Below, in pieces: positions 36,103 to 45,607 of a DNA stretch of 64,000 nt. The DNA is from Thermoplasmata archaeon (GTDB lineage: Archaea > Thermoplasmatota > Thermoplasmata > Lutacidiplasmatales > UBA184), in the NCBI GenBank assembly GCA_027315165.1, contig DAHUYN010000003.1, forward strand, positions 95,846 to 159,845. Reading direction: 5' to 3'. The notes below the pieces were generated by a model that searched no databases, was not told the origin of the DNA, and saw only the letters and a list, made by a program, of their open reading frames with translations. The translations under genes and the position numbers were made by a program. The stretch's first letter is position 1, and the number at the start of each line of letters is the position of its first letter.

Positions 36103-37098
36103 CTAGGGCGGCCCGCCCTCGTTCGAGCGAGCGCGCCGGCCCGACCGTTGCAGCACGAACAGCGCGACGAGCACGAGCCCGAGACCCGCGACCTCCCCGA
36201 GCGACAGGCCCTCGCCGAGCGCGAGGACGCCGACGGCGAGCGCGGTGATCGGGTTGAGGTAGGTGACGAGGTTGGCCGCGGTGGCCCCGTGCTCCCGGAT
36301 CAGGACGAAGTAGACCATGTAGCCCGCCAGGCCGGTGAGAAGCGCCACGTAGAGCACGGAGAGGAGCACGGGCGTCGTGAGCGGGAGCGCGGCCGATCCC
36401 CGGAGCGCCGCCCACGCGACGAAGCCGGCGGCGGAGCCGCCGGCGAGCTGGGCCGCCTGACCCCAGGGCGTCTCGCCGGAGGGTCGGTGCCGGGCGACGA
36501 GCGACGCGCCGACACCCTGGGAGACCGCGCCGCCGGCGAGCGCCACGATCCCCCAAGGGCTCGTCACGACCACCGAGCCGGGCGTGGCGAGGCCGAGCAC
36601 CCCGATCCCGGCGAGCCCGAGCGCGAACGCGCCGAGCGCCGCCGTCGTGAGGAGCTCGCGACCCCCGAGCGCCCGGGTGGCGACGAGCGAGAGGAGCGGG
36701 GCCGTCGCGAACACGATGGCGGCGACGCCCCCGGTCGTGAACTGGATCCCCCAGAACAAGAGCAGGTTGATGCCGCCGATCAGCAGGACCCCGAGCCCCG
36801 CCGAGCCGGCGAGGGTCCGCGCCCGGGGGCGCGCGGGCCCCCGAGCGGCCGCGACCGCCGACATCGCGACCGTCGCGAGGAGGAAGTCGACGCCGACGAG
36901 GAGGAACGGCGCGGCGCCGGCGACGATCGCGACCCGGGCGACCGGGAACGTGGCGCCCCAGATCAGGCCGAGCACGACGAGGAGGGCGACTCCCCGGCCC
37001 CCGAGAGGGCGCCACGGTAGCGGGGACCCGACCCTCGGGTCCGGCACGGGCCGGTCCCCCGCGAGCGCTTCCGACCGTCCCGTCCCGGCCGGGGCCAC
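36103..37098 (-). CDS. EamA/DMT-superfamily transporter
   Basis: About 10 TM segments are present, with LIWGATFPVARVAI and a duplicated EamA-like layout. Confidence 0.8.
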   Translation of the reverse strand: MAPAGTGRSEALAGDRPVPDPRVGSPLPWRPLGGRGVALLVVLGLIWGATFPVARVAIVAGAAPFLLVGVDFLLATVAMSAVAAARGPARPRARTLAGSAGLGVLLIGGINLLLFWGIQFTTGGVAAIVFATAPLLSLVATRALGGRELLTTAALGAFALGLAGIGVLGLATPGSVVVTSPWGIVALAGGAVSQGVGASLVARHRPSGETPWGQAAQLAGGSAAGFVAWAALRGSAALPLTTPVLLSVLYVALLTGLAGYMVYFVLIREHGATAANLVTYLNPITALAVGVLALGEGLSLGEVAGLGLVLVALFVLQRSGRRARSNEGGPP

Positions 37099-37105
37099 GA
37101 GCGAC

Positions 37106-37972
37106 CTACTGATGCAGGTCGAACACCGGGATCGTCGCGAGGGCGGGCGTGTTCGACACCGCGGTGTCGACGAGCTCGATCGTGCAGGCGCCCGGGACCG
37201 TGAAGCACCAGGAGGGCGCGCCGTGGAAGTCGTCGGCGTCGTCGAGGTTCCATCGATACGACGGCTCGATCGGGCTCGGTGCCTCCCGGACGGAGCCGGC
37301 GGTGTGGATGTAGAGCACGAAGGAGCTGCCCGGCTGGAGCAGGGTCTCGTTCGCGCTGAGGGGCTTGAAGAAGCCGAGCCGGTTGTAGTAGACGCTGAAC
37401 GCGCCGCCGCCGAAGCTCTTCGCGTTGAAGGTCGCGCAGTAGCCCAGGGTCGGGGCGTTCGAGGGGATCGACTGCGACGAGCCGGGGAACCACGACATCG
37501 CGGCGAGCGACCCCTGCGTGAGGAACGTCGTCACCGGAGCCGGGGTGTTGTTGTGACAGATGAAGTTGAACTGGATGTCGGCGAGGGGGACGTTCCCCGT
37601 CACCTGCGTGAAGACGATCTCGGTCGCGTTCATCTGGTTGTACGTGCCGTTGGTGCCGTACTCGCAATCGTTCCACCAGGCGTTCATGTACGTCCGGTAG
37701 AGGGTGTCGGGGTGGCCGGTCTTGAGGTAGTTGCTGAGGTAGTAGGTCCAGTTGTTGGCGAGGTTGGGCCAGCAGTCGGTGGGGTCGCCCCACGCGGGGT
37801 AGGTCGCGCCGGCGATCGCGGTGTACTTGATGGTCGGCTGCACCGTCGGTGTCGGGATCACGAAGTACCAGACGATCACGCCCGCGGTGATCGTCATCGC
37901 GGTGAGGAGGATCACGGCGATGATGTCGGAGACGCCGGAGCGGCTCCGACGGCGCCAGCGCGACGTGGGCAC
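37106..37972 (-). CDS. Archaeal type IV pilin-like protein (class III signal peptide, Pilin_N/DUF1628-type N terminus)
   Basis: RRRSRSGVSDIIAVILLTAMTITAGVIVWYFV matches a prepilin peptidase substrate pattern. The globular domain has 6 Cys and several sequons. GC is lower than in neighbouring genes. Confidence 0.75.
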   Translation of the reverse strand: MPTSRWRRRSRSGVSDIIAVILLTAMTITAGVIVWYFVIPTPTVQPTIKYTAIAGATYPAWGDPTDCWPNLANNWTYYLSNYLKTGHPDTLYRTYMNAWWNDCEYGTNGTYNQMNATEIVFTQVTGNVPLADIQFNFICHNNTPAPVTTFLTQGSLAAMSWFPGSSQSIPSNAPTLGYCATFNAKSFGGGAFSVYYNRLGFFKPLSANETLLQPGSSFVLYIHTAGSVREAPSPIEPSYRWNLDDADDFHGAPSWCFTVPGACTIELVDTAVSNTPALATIPVFDLHQ

Positions 37973-37998
37973 GCTCAGAGAGTCTCTCCCTGGACCTA

Positions 37999-38004
37999 GA
38001 TAAA
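37999..38004 (-). promoter_or_regulatory. TATA box (TTTATC on minus strand) 27 nt upstream of pilin GTG
   Basis: The context AAGTTTATCTAG is read on the minus strand. An AT-rich island (37995-38045) also holds TTCAAATAG, which could serve the divergent gene. Confidence 0.4.
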
Positions 38005-38058
38005 CTTGGGGTCAGCGTTCAAATAGACCCAGCCCGTATACGACTCCCCGTTGCCTGC

Positions 38059-38754
38059 GTGAGCAGGCGCGAGGACCCGCCTCGGGGCCGCACGCGCCCC
38101 CCCGGGGGCCTCCGGGGAGTCGACGTCGTGGCAGAGCAACGGTCGCCCGCGGCGAGGCTGGTGCTTCCGTTCGAGCGGCGACGGCACCGTCGGAGCCGCT
38201 GGGTCGTCTTCTCGCCGTTCGTCGTCGCGGTCGTCGTGGTCGCCTCGGTCCTCGTCTGGGGCTGGGAGACCCGGACCTCCGCCTCGCCGCCCCCGGGGAC
38301 CGCCCCCGTCACCGGCCCCAGCCCGAACCCGCAGAACGACCGGCTGCTCTCGCTCGCCGGTAGCGTGGCGGCGACGGCCAACACGACCGGTTGGGTGGTG
38401 CTGGCGAGCTCGGGAGAGCTCTGCCGCCAGTGCCCGTTCGTGATCCCCGCCATCGAGGCCTTCGCGCCGCCGATCGCGGGGCTCACCGTCTACCTCAACC
38501 TCTCGAACACCGGCCCCAACTACGCGAACGTCAGCGGCTTCTCGTTGACGACGACGGCCCCGACCTCCGGATCGCCCCTCCGACTCTACTACGTCGTCTG
38601 CTGCGCACCCTACTACGACGAGGACACCGAGTCGCTCTGGCTCGCCCCGGGACAGACGGTCTCGCTCGAGGCGCTCGTCGCCGCCCCGACGCTCTCGGGC
38701 CCGGCGGAGGTCGACTACGCCCTCGAGCTCGCCCTCACGGTCTCGAGCGAGTAG
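38059..38754 (+). CDS. Hypothetical N-terminally anchored extracellular protein
   Basis: A basic N-terminus is followed by the TM segment WVVFSPFVVAVVVVASVLVWGW and a sequon- and Cys-containing domain. I recognise no family. Confidence 0.55.
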   Translation: MSRREDPPRGRTRPPGGLRGVDVVAEQRSPAARLVLPFERRRHRRSRWVVFSPFVVAVVVVASVLVWGWETRTSASPPPGTAPVTGPSPNPQNDRLLSLAGSVAATANTTGWVVLASSGELCRQCPFVIPAIEAFAPPIAGLTVYLNLSNTGPNYANVSGFSLTTTAPTSGSPLRLYYVVCCAPYYDEDTESLWLAPGQTVSLEALVAAPTLSGPAEVDYALELALTVSSE

Positions 38755-38810
38755 GCGGGGTCAGACCGGCTCGACGGTACCGCCAACTCTCCCGGGCCCG
38801 TGGGCCGGGC

Positions 38811-39074
38811 ATGTCCGCGAATCCCGTCGCCGAGGGCCGGTTCGGCACCTCCCGGACGCACCCGATGCGCCCGGAGGGCTGGCGGATCGTCCTCTCGATC
38901 GTCCTGCCGACCGTCTGGCTCAGCTTCACGCTCCTCTACGTCGGCTTCTGGGCTCCGTCGTTCTCGCTCTTCCAGAGCGTGATCGTCGTCCTGGTCTCGG
39001 TGATCGTCCTCGCGGGAGTCCTCGGTGCCGCGTGGGCCTCGTTCGGCCTGCGCCAGCACTTCGGTCCCCCGTGA
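38811..39074 (+). CDS. Hypothetical small two-TM membrane protein (87 aa)
   Basis: WRIVLSIVLPTVWLSFTLLYVGFW and VIVVLVSVIVLAGVLGAAWASF. This is the tail of track ORF 38391..39074. Confidence 0.5.
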   Translation: MSANPVAEGRFGTSRTHPMRPEGWRIVLSIVLPTVWLSFTLLYVGFWAPSFSLFQSVIVVLVSVIVLAGVLGAAWASFGLRQHFGPP

Positions 39075-39137
39075 CCGTCCGGCGACGGCCACCCCGCCCT
39101 TCATCTTCCGGGACCGCCTGACCCGCCGGGAGGGCCG

Positions 39138-39575
39138 ATGGCCAACGCGACGACGTTCCGGCGGGTCCTCGTCGCGGTCGACGGCTCCGCCGTCTCGCTC
39201 CGGGCCGTCGAGCATGCGGTCCGGCTCGCCAAGCAGGACGGGGCGGAGCTCGTCGCCGTCCACATCGTCCCCTCTCCGCCCGTCGAGGTCCCGGGCGAGC
39301 TCGCCGACTACTACGAGCGGGCCCGGGGCGAGGCGCGGCGGTGGATGAAGGAGGTCGAGACCGCCGCCCAGCAGGAAGGCGTCCGCCTCCGGACGGACAT
39401 CGTCGTCGGCGCGTACTCCGTCGTCGACGCTGTCCTCGGCTACGCCGAGACGGTCTCGGCCGACCTCCTCGTGACGGGCACGAGGGGTCGGACGCCCTCG
39501 CGCCGGATCCTGGTCGGGAGCGTGGCGAGCGGGCTCGTCGAGTACGCCAGCTGCGCGGTCCTCGTCATCCGTTAG
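39138..39575 (+). CDS. Universal stress protein (UspA family)
   Basis: RVLVAVDGS..S..A...A, ELVAVHIV and LLVTGTRGR...LVGSVASGLVEYASCAVLVI. GGGAGGG lies 5 nt upstream of the ATG. Confidence 0.9.
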   Translation: MANATTFRRVLVAVDGSAVSLRAVEHAVRLAKQDGAELVAVHIVPSPPVEVPGELADYYERARGEARRWMKEVETAAQQEGVRLRTDIVVGAYSVVDAVLGYAETVSADLLVTGTRGRTPSRRILVGSVASGLVEYASCAVLVIR

Positions 39576-39593
39576 TCGGAGGGGGACGACGTC

Positions 39594-41210
39594 GTGGCGG
39601 TCGCCCGCTTGACCCGCGTGCGGGTCGCGGCGACCTCCGAGACGCTAGGTCGCGTCGTGGCCGCGCTTGTCGCCTTCGGCGGCTTCCACCCCTCGCGCCG
39701 CGAGGGCCTCGTCCAGGAGATCCGCCTCATCCTGTGGGCCTCAAGGGCCCAGTCGGTCTACGGGTCGGCGACGGAGCTGCTCCGCAGCGAGAGCCTCAAG
39801 GCCGTTGCGGCAGAGCCGCGAACGCCGATCGATTTCACGATCGACGACCTCGAGGGGTTCCTCGGGGACCTCGAGGGGGACCTCGCCTTCCTCACCCGCA
39901 ACCTCCCTCTCGTCCGCGACGACGACGACCGTCGCTCGATCGCGAGCCTCCTCAACGGGATGCAGGCGGTGAGTCTCGCGGTCTTCCATGCCGTGAGCCG
40001 GCTTCTCGTCCTTCCGGGGCCGGGCGGAGGGGTCCTCCTCGAGGGGTTCGTTCCGTCGCGCTCGCTCGCGGCGTTCCGCGACCGCCTCGGCGCCGCGGTC
40101 GTCGAGGCCGAGCCGATGCGGCGACGAGGTCAGGACGACCCCTACGTCCCGACGCTCCTCGTCAACCCGAGGGCGATCGCGCTGTTCGAGCGCCTGACCC
40201 TGGACCGGGGGATCCCCCGCTACAGCGAGATCGACCCGACGCCGATCGTGGCGCTCGTCTTCCCGCTCTTCTTCGGGATCATGTTCGGCGACCTCGGCCA
40301 CGGGGTCACGCTGCTCGCGGTCGGGCTCTATCTCGCGTACCGGACCCGGTACGTCTACTGGGGCCAGCTCATCCTCGCCTTCGGGATCGCCTCGGGCCTG
40401 GTGGGCCTGCTCCGGGGGGTCTTCTTCGGAGTGACGTTCCGGACCCCCCTCGCCCACCTCTTCCCGATCCCCCCGGCGCTGAGCGCCGAGCTCACGTTCG
40501 CCTACCTGCCTCTCCTTCTCGAGGTCGCCGTCCTGATCGGGACCCTGCACCTGGCGAGCGCCTACACGATCGCGATCCTCAACCAGTGGCGCTCTCGCCG
40601 GTATCGGGAGGCGGCGCTGAGCGGGATCCCCACGCTCGTCCTCTACGCCTCCCTCGTGCCGTTCGGGTTCGCGGTCCTCGGGACGGGGCTCCGGCCCTGG
40701 CTCGTCCTCACGAGCCAGGCTCCGACCCCGTTCTTCCTCGACTTCCTCGAGCTCCGCCTTCCGGTGGCGGCCGTCGCCGAGGCGACGCTCCCGTGGATCG
40801 TCGGCGCGTTCGCGGTTCTCGTGTTCGGCCCGCTCGTCGAGGCGCTCTGGCTCCGGCGGAGCCGGTCGGGCGGACGGGCCCGGGCCTGGAACGGGCTCCT
40901 GAGCGGGGTCGCGCGGCCCCTCGACTTCGTGCTCAACACGCTGAGCTACGTGCGCCTGGCCGCGCTCCTCGTCGCCAACACACTCCTCACCGGGCTCATC
41001 GCGAGGGCGCTCGTGCTCGGCCCCGCCGGAGTCGTCGTCGCCGCGCTCCTCAACCTCCCGCTGATGGCGATGGAGGGGCTGATCGTCTACCTGCAGGACA
41101 TGCGGCTCCACTGGCTCGAGTGGCTTTCGAAGTTCTACTCGGGGACGGGGACGGCCTTCGAGCCGCTCGCCCTCGAGGGCGTCGGGTTCCGCGTCCTCAG
41201 CGCGGGGTGA
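39594..41210 (+). CDS. atpI: A/V-type ATPase subunit I (a-subunit) homologue, short form, not in an ATPase operon
   Basis: PTLLVNPRAIALFERLTLDRGIPRYSEIDPTPIVALVFPLFFGIMFGDLGHG and LSYVRLAALLVANTLL (conserved Arg helix). The GTG is preceded by GGAGGGGG. Confidence 0.75.
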   Translation: MAVARLTRVRVAATSETLGRVVAALVAFGGFHPSRREGLVQEIRLILWASRAQSVYGSATELLRSESLKAVAAEPRTPIDFTIDDLEGFLGDLEGDLAFLTRNLPLVRDDDDRRSIASLLNGMQAVSLAVFHAVSRLLVLPGPGGGVLLEGFVPSRSLAAFRDRLGAAVVEAEPMRRRGQDDPYVPTLLVNPRAIALFERLTLDRGIPRYSEIDPTPIVALVFPLFFGIMFGDLGHGVTLLAVGLYLAYRTRYVYWGQLILAFGIASGLVGLLRGVFFGVTFRTPLAHLFPIPPALSAELTFAYLPLLLEVAVLIGTLHLASAYTIAILNQWRSRRYREAALSGIPTLVLYASLVPFGFAVLGTGLRPWLVLTSQAPTPFFLDFLELRLPVAAVAEATLPWIVGAFAVLVFGPLVEALWLRRSRSGGRARAWNGLLSGVARPLDFVLNTLSYVRLAALLVANTLLTGLIARALVLGPAGVVVAALLNLPLMAMEGLIVYLQDMRLHWLEWLSKFYSGTGTAFEPLALEGVGFRVLSAG

Positions 41211-41751
41211 GCCCGCCCCCGGGCGCGGCGGCGCCCGGGGCCGAGGCGGGTCCCGCGGGCCGGAGGCGCCGTCCGAGCAGGAGCTCGCCCCCCACGAGCC
41301 GCATCCGGCTCCGAAGCCCCCAGGCGCCGAGGCCGCCCTCGCGGTAGCCGAGTTCCTTGCGCTCGACCTCCCGAAAGCCACGCGACCGGAACAGCCGCAG
41401 CGACGGCCCGTTGTCCTCACCGACGGCGCCGTAGGCGACCTCGGCCCCCTCGACGTCGAACCAGGCGAGCGCGTCGTCGAGGAGCCGCGCTCCCACGCCC
41501 TCGCGGCGGTGTTCGGGAGCGACCGCGAGGTAGTAGACGTAGCCGACCTCCGGGACGAGCCGCTCGAGCATCGAGAGCCCGATCAGCTCGCCCGACCTCT
41601 CCGCGCCCCGGACCCTATCGATCGCGCGCAGCGTCCGCTTGGCGTGCCAGCGATAGATCCCCGTGAAGCAGGCCTCGAGGAGGGGCACCGCCCGGGCGCG
41701 CTCGGCGCCGTCAAGGCTCTTGAGCCCGAGCGGGACGTCGGGCGCCCGCAT
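41197..41751 (-). CDS. GNAT-family N-acetyltransferase
   Basis: VYYLAVAPEHRREGVGARLLDDAL is the acetyl-CoA-binding motif A. This is the tail of track ORF 41197..43461. Confidence 0.85.
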   Translation of the reverse strand: MRAPDVPLGLKSLDGAERARAVPLLEACFTGIYRWHAKRTLRAIDRVRGAERSGELIGLSMLERLVPEVGYVYYLAVAPEHRREGVGARLLDDALAWFDVEGAEVAYGAVGEDNGPSLRLFRSRGFREVERKELGYREGGLGAWGLRSRMRLVGGELLLGRRLRPAGPASAPGAAAPGGGLTPR

Positions 41752-42060
41752 GGCGGTGGGAGGGCCGGGGGAGTTAGAACGGTTGTGCCGATCCTCGGAC
41801 ACGGGGGTCGCCGGACCGGAAGAGCTGCCCTCGCCAGGGGACGGCGCGGACGACGCAACGCTCTCGAGCCGACCCGGGAGAGTCCTCCGGCGCAGGACCG
41901 ACACGCCCACGCCAGGGCTCGGACTCGAGGCCGGAGGCGTCCGGTCGGCGGACCCGCCTCGAGAGGTCTCGCCGATCGTTCCGTCCGCCCGAGGTCGCGC
42001 GCGCGCTCGCGGGTCCATCGAGGATAAGAGGAGGCCGGCCGTGCGCGCGCCCGGTGCGTC

Positions 42061-44061
42061 TTGACCGACCCCGCGGCGACCCGGGACGCTTCTCTCGGCC
42101 GACTGCCGTTCACGCTCGCCCCCGACGCGCTCGCTCGCGAGGCCGCCGCGGTGCTGCAGGAGGCGCGCGCCCGGCTCGAGGCCCTCGCGGCGGAGGCGGC
42201 GCCGCCGACCGTCGGGAGCTTCCTCGTCCCGCTGGACGAGCTCCTGGTCTCCGTGCGCGACCTCGGGAGCCACAGCTCGCTGCTGTTCGCGACCCATCCC
42301 GACGAGGAGGCTCGAACGGCGGCCCGGCAGGCCTCGGAGTCGGCCGACCGCTTCTTCAACGAGTTCCGGATCGATCCCCGGGTCTACGCGAAGCTGCGGG
42401 CGACCCCCCTGCCCGAGGGCGACGCGCCCACGCGGCTCGCCGTCGACAAGCTCCTCCGTGAGATGCGCCGGGCCGGCGCCGAGCGCTCCGAGGCGGAGCG
42501 ACGCCGGGTCGTCGAGCTCTCGAACGCGATCGACGAGACGTCGAACCAGTTCATGGAGAACGTCGCGAGGGGCCAGCGCTCGATTCTCGTCGCCGGCGCC
42601 GACCGGCTCGTCGGCCTCCCGCCGGACTACCTCAAGGCGCATCCCCCGGGGCCGGACGGCGGCATCCGCCTCACGACGAGCTATCCCGATGTCTACCCGG
42701 TCCTCGCCTACTGCGACGCGGCGGCCGTCCGGCGCGACCTCCTCCGTACCTTCCTCAACGTCGCCTACCCCGAGAACCTCGAGGTCCTCTCGAAGCTCTT
42801 GCGGCTGCGACGAGAGCTCGCCGAGCGCCTCGACTTCGCCGACTTCGCCACCTACGCGACCGAGGACAAGATGATGGAGCGGCCCGAGGCCGTCGCCGAG
42901 TTCCTCGACCGCCTCTCGTCGATGCTCTCGGCGCCCGCGCGCGAGGACCTCGAAAGGACCCTGGCCCGAAAGCGCAAGGACGACCCCGGGGCCGAGCGTC
43001 TCGAGCTCTGGGACGCGTCGTTCTGGAGCCAGGGCTACTACGACACGAAGCTCCGCCAGGAGACCTTCGGCGTCGACCCGAGGGCGCTTCGGGCCTACCT
43101 CCCCTACGGGGCGATCCGGGACGGCCTGTTCGAGCTCTGCGAGACCCTCTTCGGACTGACGTTCACGCGCACGCGCTCGGTGCCGCTCTGGCACGAGAGC
43201 GTCGAGGCCTACGAGGTGGCGCGCGGGGGCCGCCCGATCGGCCGCTGCTACTTCGACCTCGTCCCTCGCGCGGGGAAGTACAACCACGCCGCCTGCTTCA
43301 CGGTGCGCGACGGCCTGCGCGAGCGGCTGCCTCAAGCGGCGCTCGTCTGCAACTTCCTCGACCCCGGCACGCCCGCGGAGACGGCTCGGATGGAGTACCG
43401 CGACGTCGTCACCTTCTTCCACGAGTTCGGTCACCTGCTCCACGCGCTCCTCTCGGGGCACGGCCGCTGGCTCTACACGACGATGTCCTCGCTCGAGCTC
43501 GACTTCATCGAGGCGCCGTCGCAGCTCTTCGAGGAGTGGGCGCGGGACCCGGCGACGCTCGCCCGGTTCGCGCGGAACCCTGAGACCGGTGAGCCGATCC
43601 CCCTCGAGCTCGTCCAGCGCCTCAAGGACTCCGAAGCGATGGGGCGGGCGGCCCGAGAGCTTCGGCAGGTCGCGCTCGCCGCGATCTCCCTAGACCTCTA
43701 CCGACGCGACCCGCGAGGGCTCGACACGGACGCGGCGTTCCGGGAGGTCTGGGACGCCCGCTACCCCGCCCCGATCGACCCGGGCTACCATCCCCAGGCG
43801 GCCTGGGGGCACCTCACGGGCTACTCCGCCTGCTACTACACCTACCTCTGGTCGTCGGTGATCGCGCGCGACCTGCTCACGCCGTTCCACGAGGCCGCCT
43901 CGCTCACCGACGCGGCGGCCGCGGCGCGCTATGCCCGGGAGATCCTCGAACCCGGCGGGTCGCGTCCCGCCGCCGAGCTCGTGCGCCGCTACCTCGACCG
44001 CGAGTTCCGGTTCGACGCCTACGAGCGGTGGGCGCTCGCCGGAGCGGGTCGGCGATCGTAG
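42061..44061 (+). CDS. M3-family zinc oligopeptidase (thimet oligopeptidase/Dcp-like)
   Basis: FFHEFGHLLH zincin motif with a downstream Glu (EAPSQLFEEW). It is 666 aa, with a TTG start as in the track. Confidence 0.9.
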   Translation: MTDPAATRDASLGRLPFTLAPDALAREAAAVLQEARARLEALAAEAAPPTVGSFLVPLDELLVSVRDLGSHSSLLFATHPDEEARTAARQASESADRFFNEFRIDPRVYAKLRATPLPEGDAPTRLAVDKLLREMRRAGAERSEAERRRVVELSNAIDETSNQFMENVARGQRSILVAGADRLVGLPPDYLKAHPPGPDGGIRLTTSYPDVYPVLAYCDAAAVRRDLLRTFLNVAYPENLEVLSKLLRLRRELAERLDFADFATYATEDKMMERPEAVAEFLDRLSSMLSAPAREDLERTLARKRKDDPGAERLELWDASFWSQGYYDTKLRQETFGVDPRALRAYLPYGAIRDGLFELCETLFGLTFTRTRSVPLWHESVEAYEVARGGRPIGRCYFDLVPRAGKYNHAACFTVRDGLRERLPQAALVCNFLDPGTPAETARMEYRDVVTFFHEFGHLLHALLSGHGRWLYTTMSSLELDFIEAPSQLFEEWARDPATLARFARNPETGEPIPLELVQRLKDSEAMGRAARELRQVALAAISLDLYRRDPRGLDTDAAFREVWDARYPAPIDPGYHPQAAWGHLTGYSACYYTYLWSSVIARDLLTPFHEAASLTDAAAAARYAREILEPGGSRPAAELVRRYLDREFRFDAYERWALAGAGRRS

Positions 44062-44107
44062 GCGCGACCGTCCCGGACGGCGTCGACGAGGGCGACCCCG
44101 GCCGCGA

Positions 44108-45385
44108 CTACGCGGGGGTCGGCTCCCGGTGCGTCGGGGCCCCGCCCTCGCCGCCGTCCGCGGGCGCGTAGGCCTCCTCGCCGAACTCGGCGATGTCGAG
44201 ACCCTGCCCCTCCTCCTCCGGCGCGACCCTAAGCGGCGAGACGACGTTGATCACGCGGAGCAGCGCGTAGGAGCCGACGAAGGCGAAGACGGCGACGACG
44301 ACGATCCCGAACAGCTGGATGAGCGCCTCGTGGGGGTTGCCGTAGAAGAGCCCGTTGGGCCCGGCCGCGTTGACGGCGGTCGTCGCGAAGAGGCCCGTGG
44401 CGAGCGTGCCCCACATCCCGCCCGCCCCGTGGCAGGCGAAGACGTCGAGGGAGTCGTCGAGCCGCGTCCGCGCCCGCCAGTTGGCGATGTAGTTGCAGAG
44501 GACCCCGGCGACGAGGCCGATGACGATCGACGCCGAGGGCCCGACGAACCCCGCGGCGGGCGTCACGGCCGCGAGGCCGCACACCGAGCCGACGGCCATG
44601 CCGACGGCGGACGGCTTGCCCCGCTTGACCCAGTCGACGAGCATCCACGCGACGCCCGCCGCGGCGGCCGCGAGGTTCGTCGTCACGAGCGCGTTGACGG
44701 CGACGTCGTTGGCCGCGAGCGCGCTCCCCGCGTTGAACCCGAACCAGCCGAACCAGAGGATCGCCGTCCCGAGGATGACGTAGGGGACGTTGTTGGGCCG
44801 CGTCTCGCGGCGCTCCCCCTCGGGCCGGCGGCCGATGACGATCGCAGCCGCGACGGCGGAGACGCCCGCCGAGGTGTGCACGACAAGGCCGCCCGCGAAG
44901 TCGACGACCCCGAGGTGGTGGAGCCATCCGCCCGGGTTCCAGATCCACATCGCGATCGGGACGTAGATGAGGGTCGTCCACAGCACGATGAACAGGAGGA
45001 GCGACTTCAGCCGGACCCGCCCGGCGAACGCGCCGATGATCAGCGCGGGCGTGATGGCAGCGAACTTGAGCTGGAAGGCGAAGAAGAGGAGCGCGGGAAT
45101 CGTCGCGGAGTACTCCGGGTCGGGCACGCCCCCGACCCCCTGGAGACCCACGTGCGAGAGGTTGCCGATGAGGCCGTTCCACGCCGGACCGAAGGTGAGC
45201 GTATAGCCCCAGAGGGCCCAGACGAGGCTCACGACGGAGAAGATCATCAGGCACTGGACGATCGTGGCGACGAGGTTCTTCCGGCGGACGAGGCCCCCGT
45301 AGAAGAAGCCGAGCGCCGGCGTCATGATCATCACGAGCGCCGTCGCGCCGAGCACCCAGGCGATGTCCCCGGAGTCGAGCGCCAT
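44108..45385 (-). CDS. amt: Ammonium transporter (Amt family)
   Basis: DSGDIAWVLGATALVMIMTPALGFFYGG, VDFAGGLVVHTSAG and DDSLDVFACHGAGGMWG. The start was set to the internal ATG (MALDSGD). Confidence 0.92.
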   Translation of the reverse strand: MALDSGDIAWVLGATALVMIMTPALGFFYGGLVRRKNLVATIVQCLMIFSVVSLVWALWGYTLTFGPAWNGLIGNLSHVGLQGVGGVPDPEYSATIPALLFFAFQLKFAAITPALIIGAFAGRVRLKSLLLFIVLWTTLIYVPIAMWIWNPGGWLHHLGVVDFAGGLVVHTSAGVSAVAAAIVIGRRPEGERRETRPNNVPYVILGTAILWFGWFGFNAGSALAANDVAVNALVTTNLAAAAAGVAWMLVDWVKRGKPSAVGMAVGSVCGLAAVTPAAGFVGPSASIVIGLVAGVLCNYIANWRARTRLDDSLDVFACHGAGGMWGTLATGLFATTAVNAAGPNGLFYGNPHEALIQLFGIVVVAVFAFVGSYALLRVINVVSPLRVAPEEEGQGLDIAEFGEEAYAPADGGEGGAPTHREPTPA

Positions 45386-45607
45386 CCCTAGGCGGGGCCG
45401 CCTCCGGTCGACCGACGGACCTGGCGCCGTGACACCCTTGCCATCCCGCCTTCGACACGAGGGGCGCGGGCGTCTCGGATAAACCTTGACCTTCACGAGA
45501 GAGGGCCGCCCGGGGCCCCGCCGACCCGCGGTCGAGCGGTTCGAGCGTCAGCCGGGGTTGACCGCCGACCCAAGAGGTCGGGCGACCTCGCCCCTTGGAG
45601 GGAACCC

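Noticed and set aside
34570-37098. A possible Pycsar-type antiphage system (cyclase plus effector).
   Set aside because: The genes flanking the cyclase are an EamA transporter and a DsbA-like protein. Neither shows a cyclic-nucleotide-binding domain, TIR domain or Pycsar-type TM effector layout.
41752-42060. The 310-bp intergenic region between the GNAT and M3 peptidase genes as a possible ncRNA locus.
   Set aside because: I could not identify a recognisable motif or strong conserved-looking structure by eye. It plausibly just contains the two divergent promoters (an ATAAGAGG element about 35 nt upstream of the TTG start).
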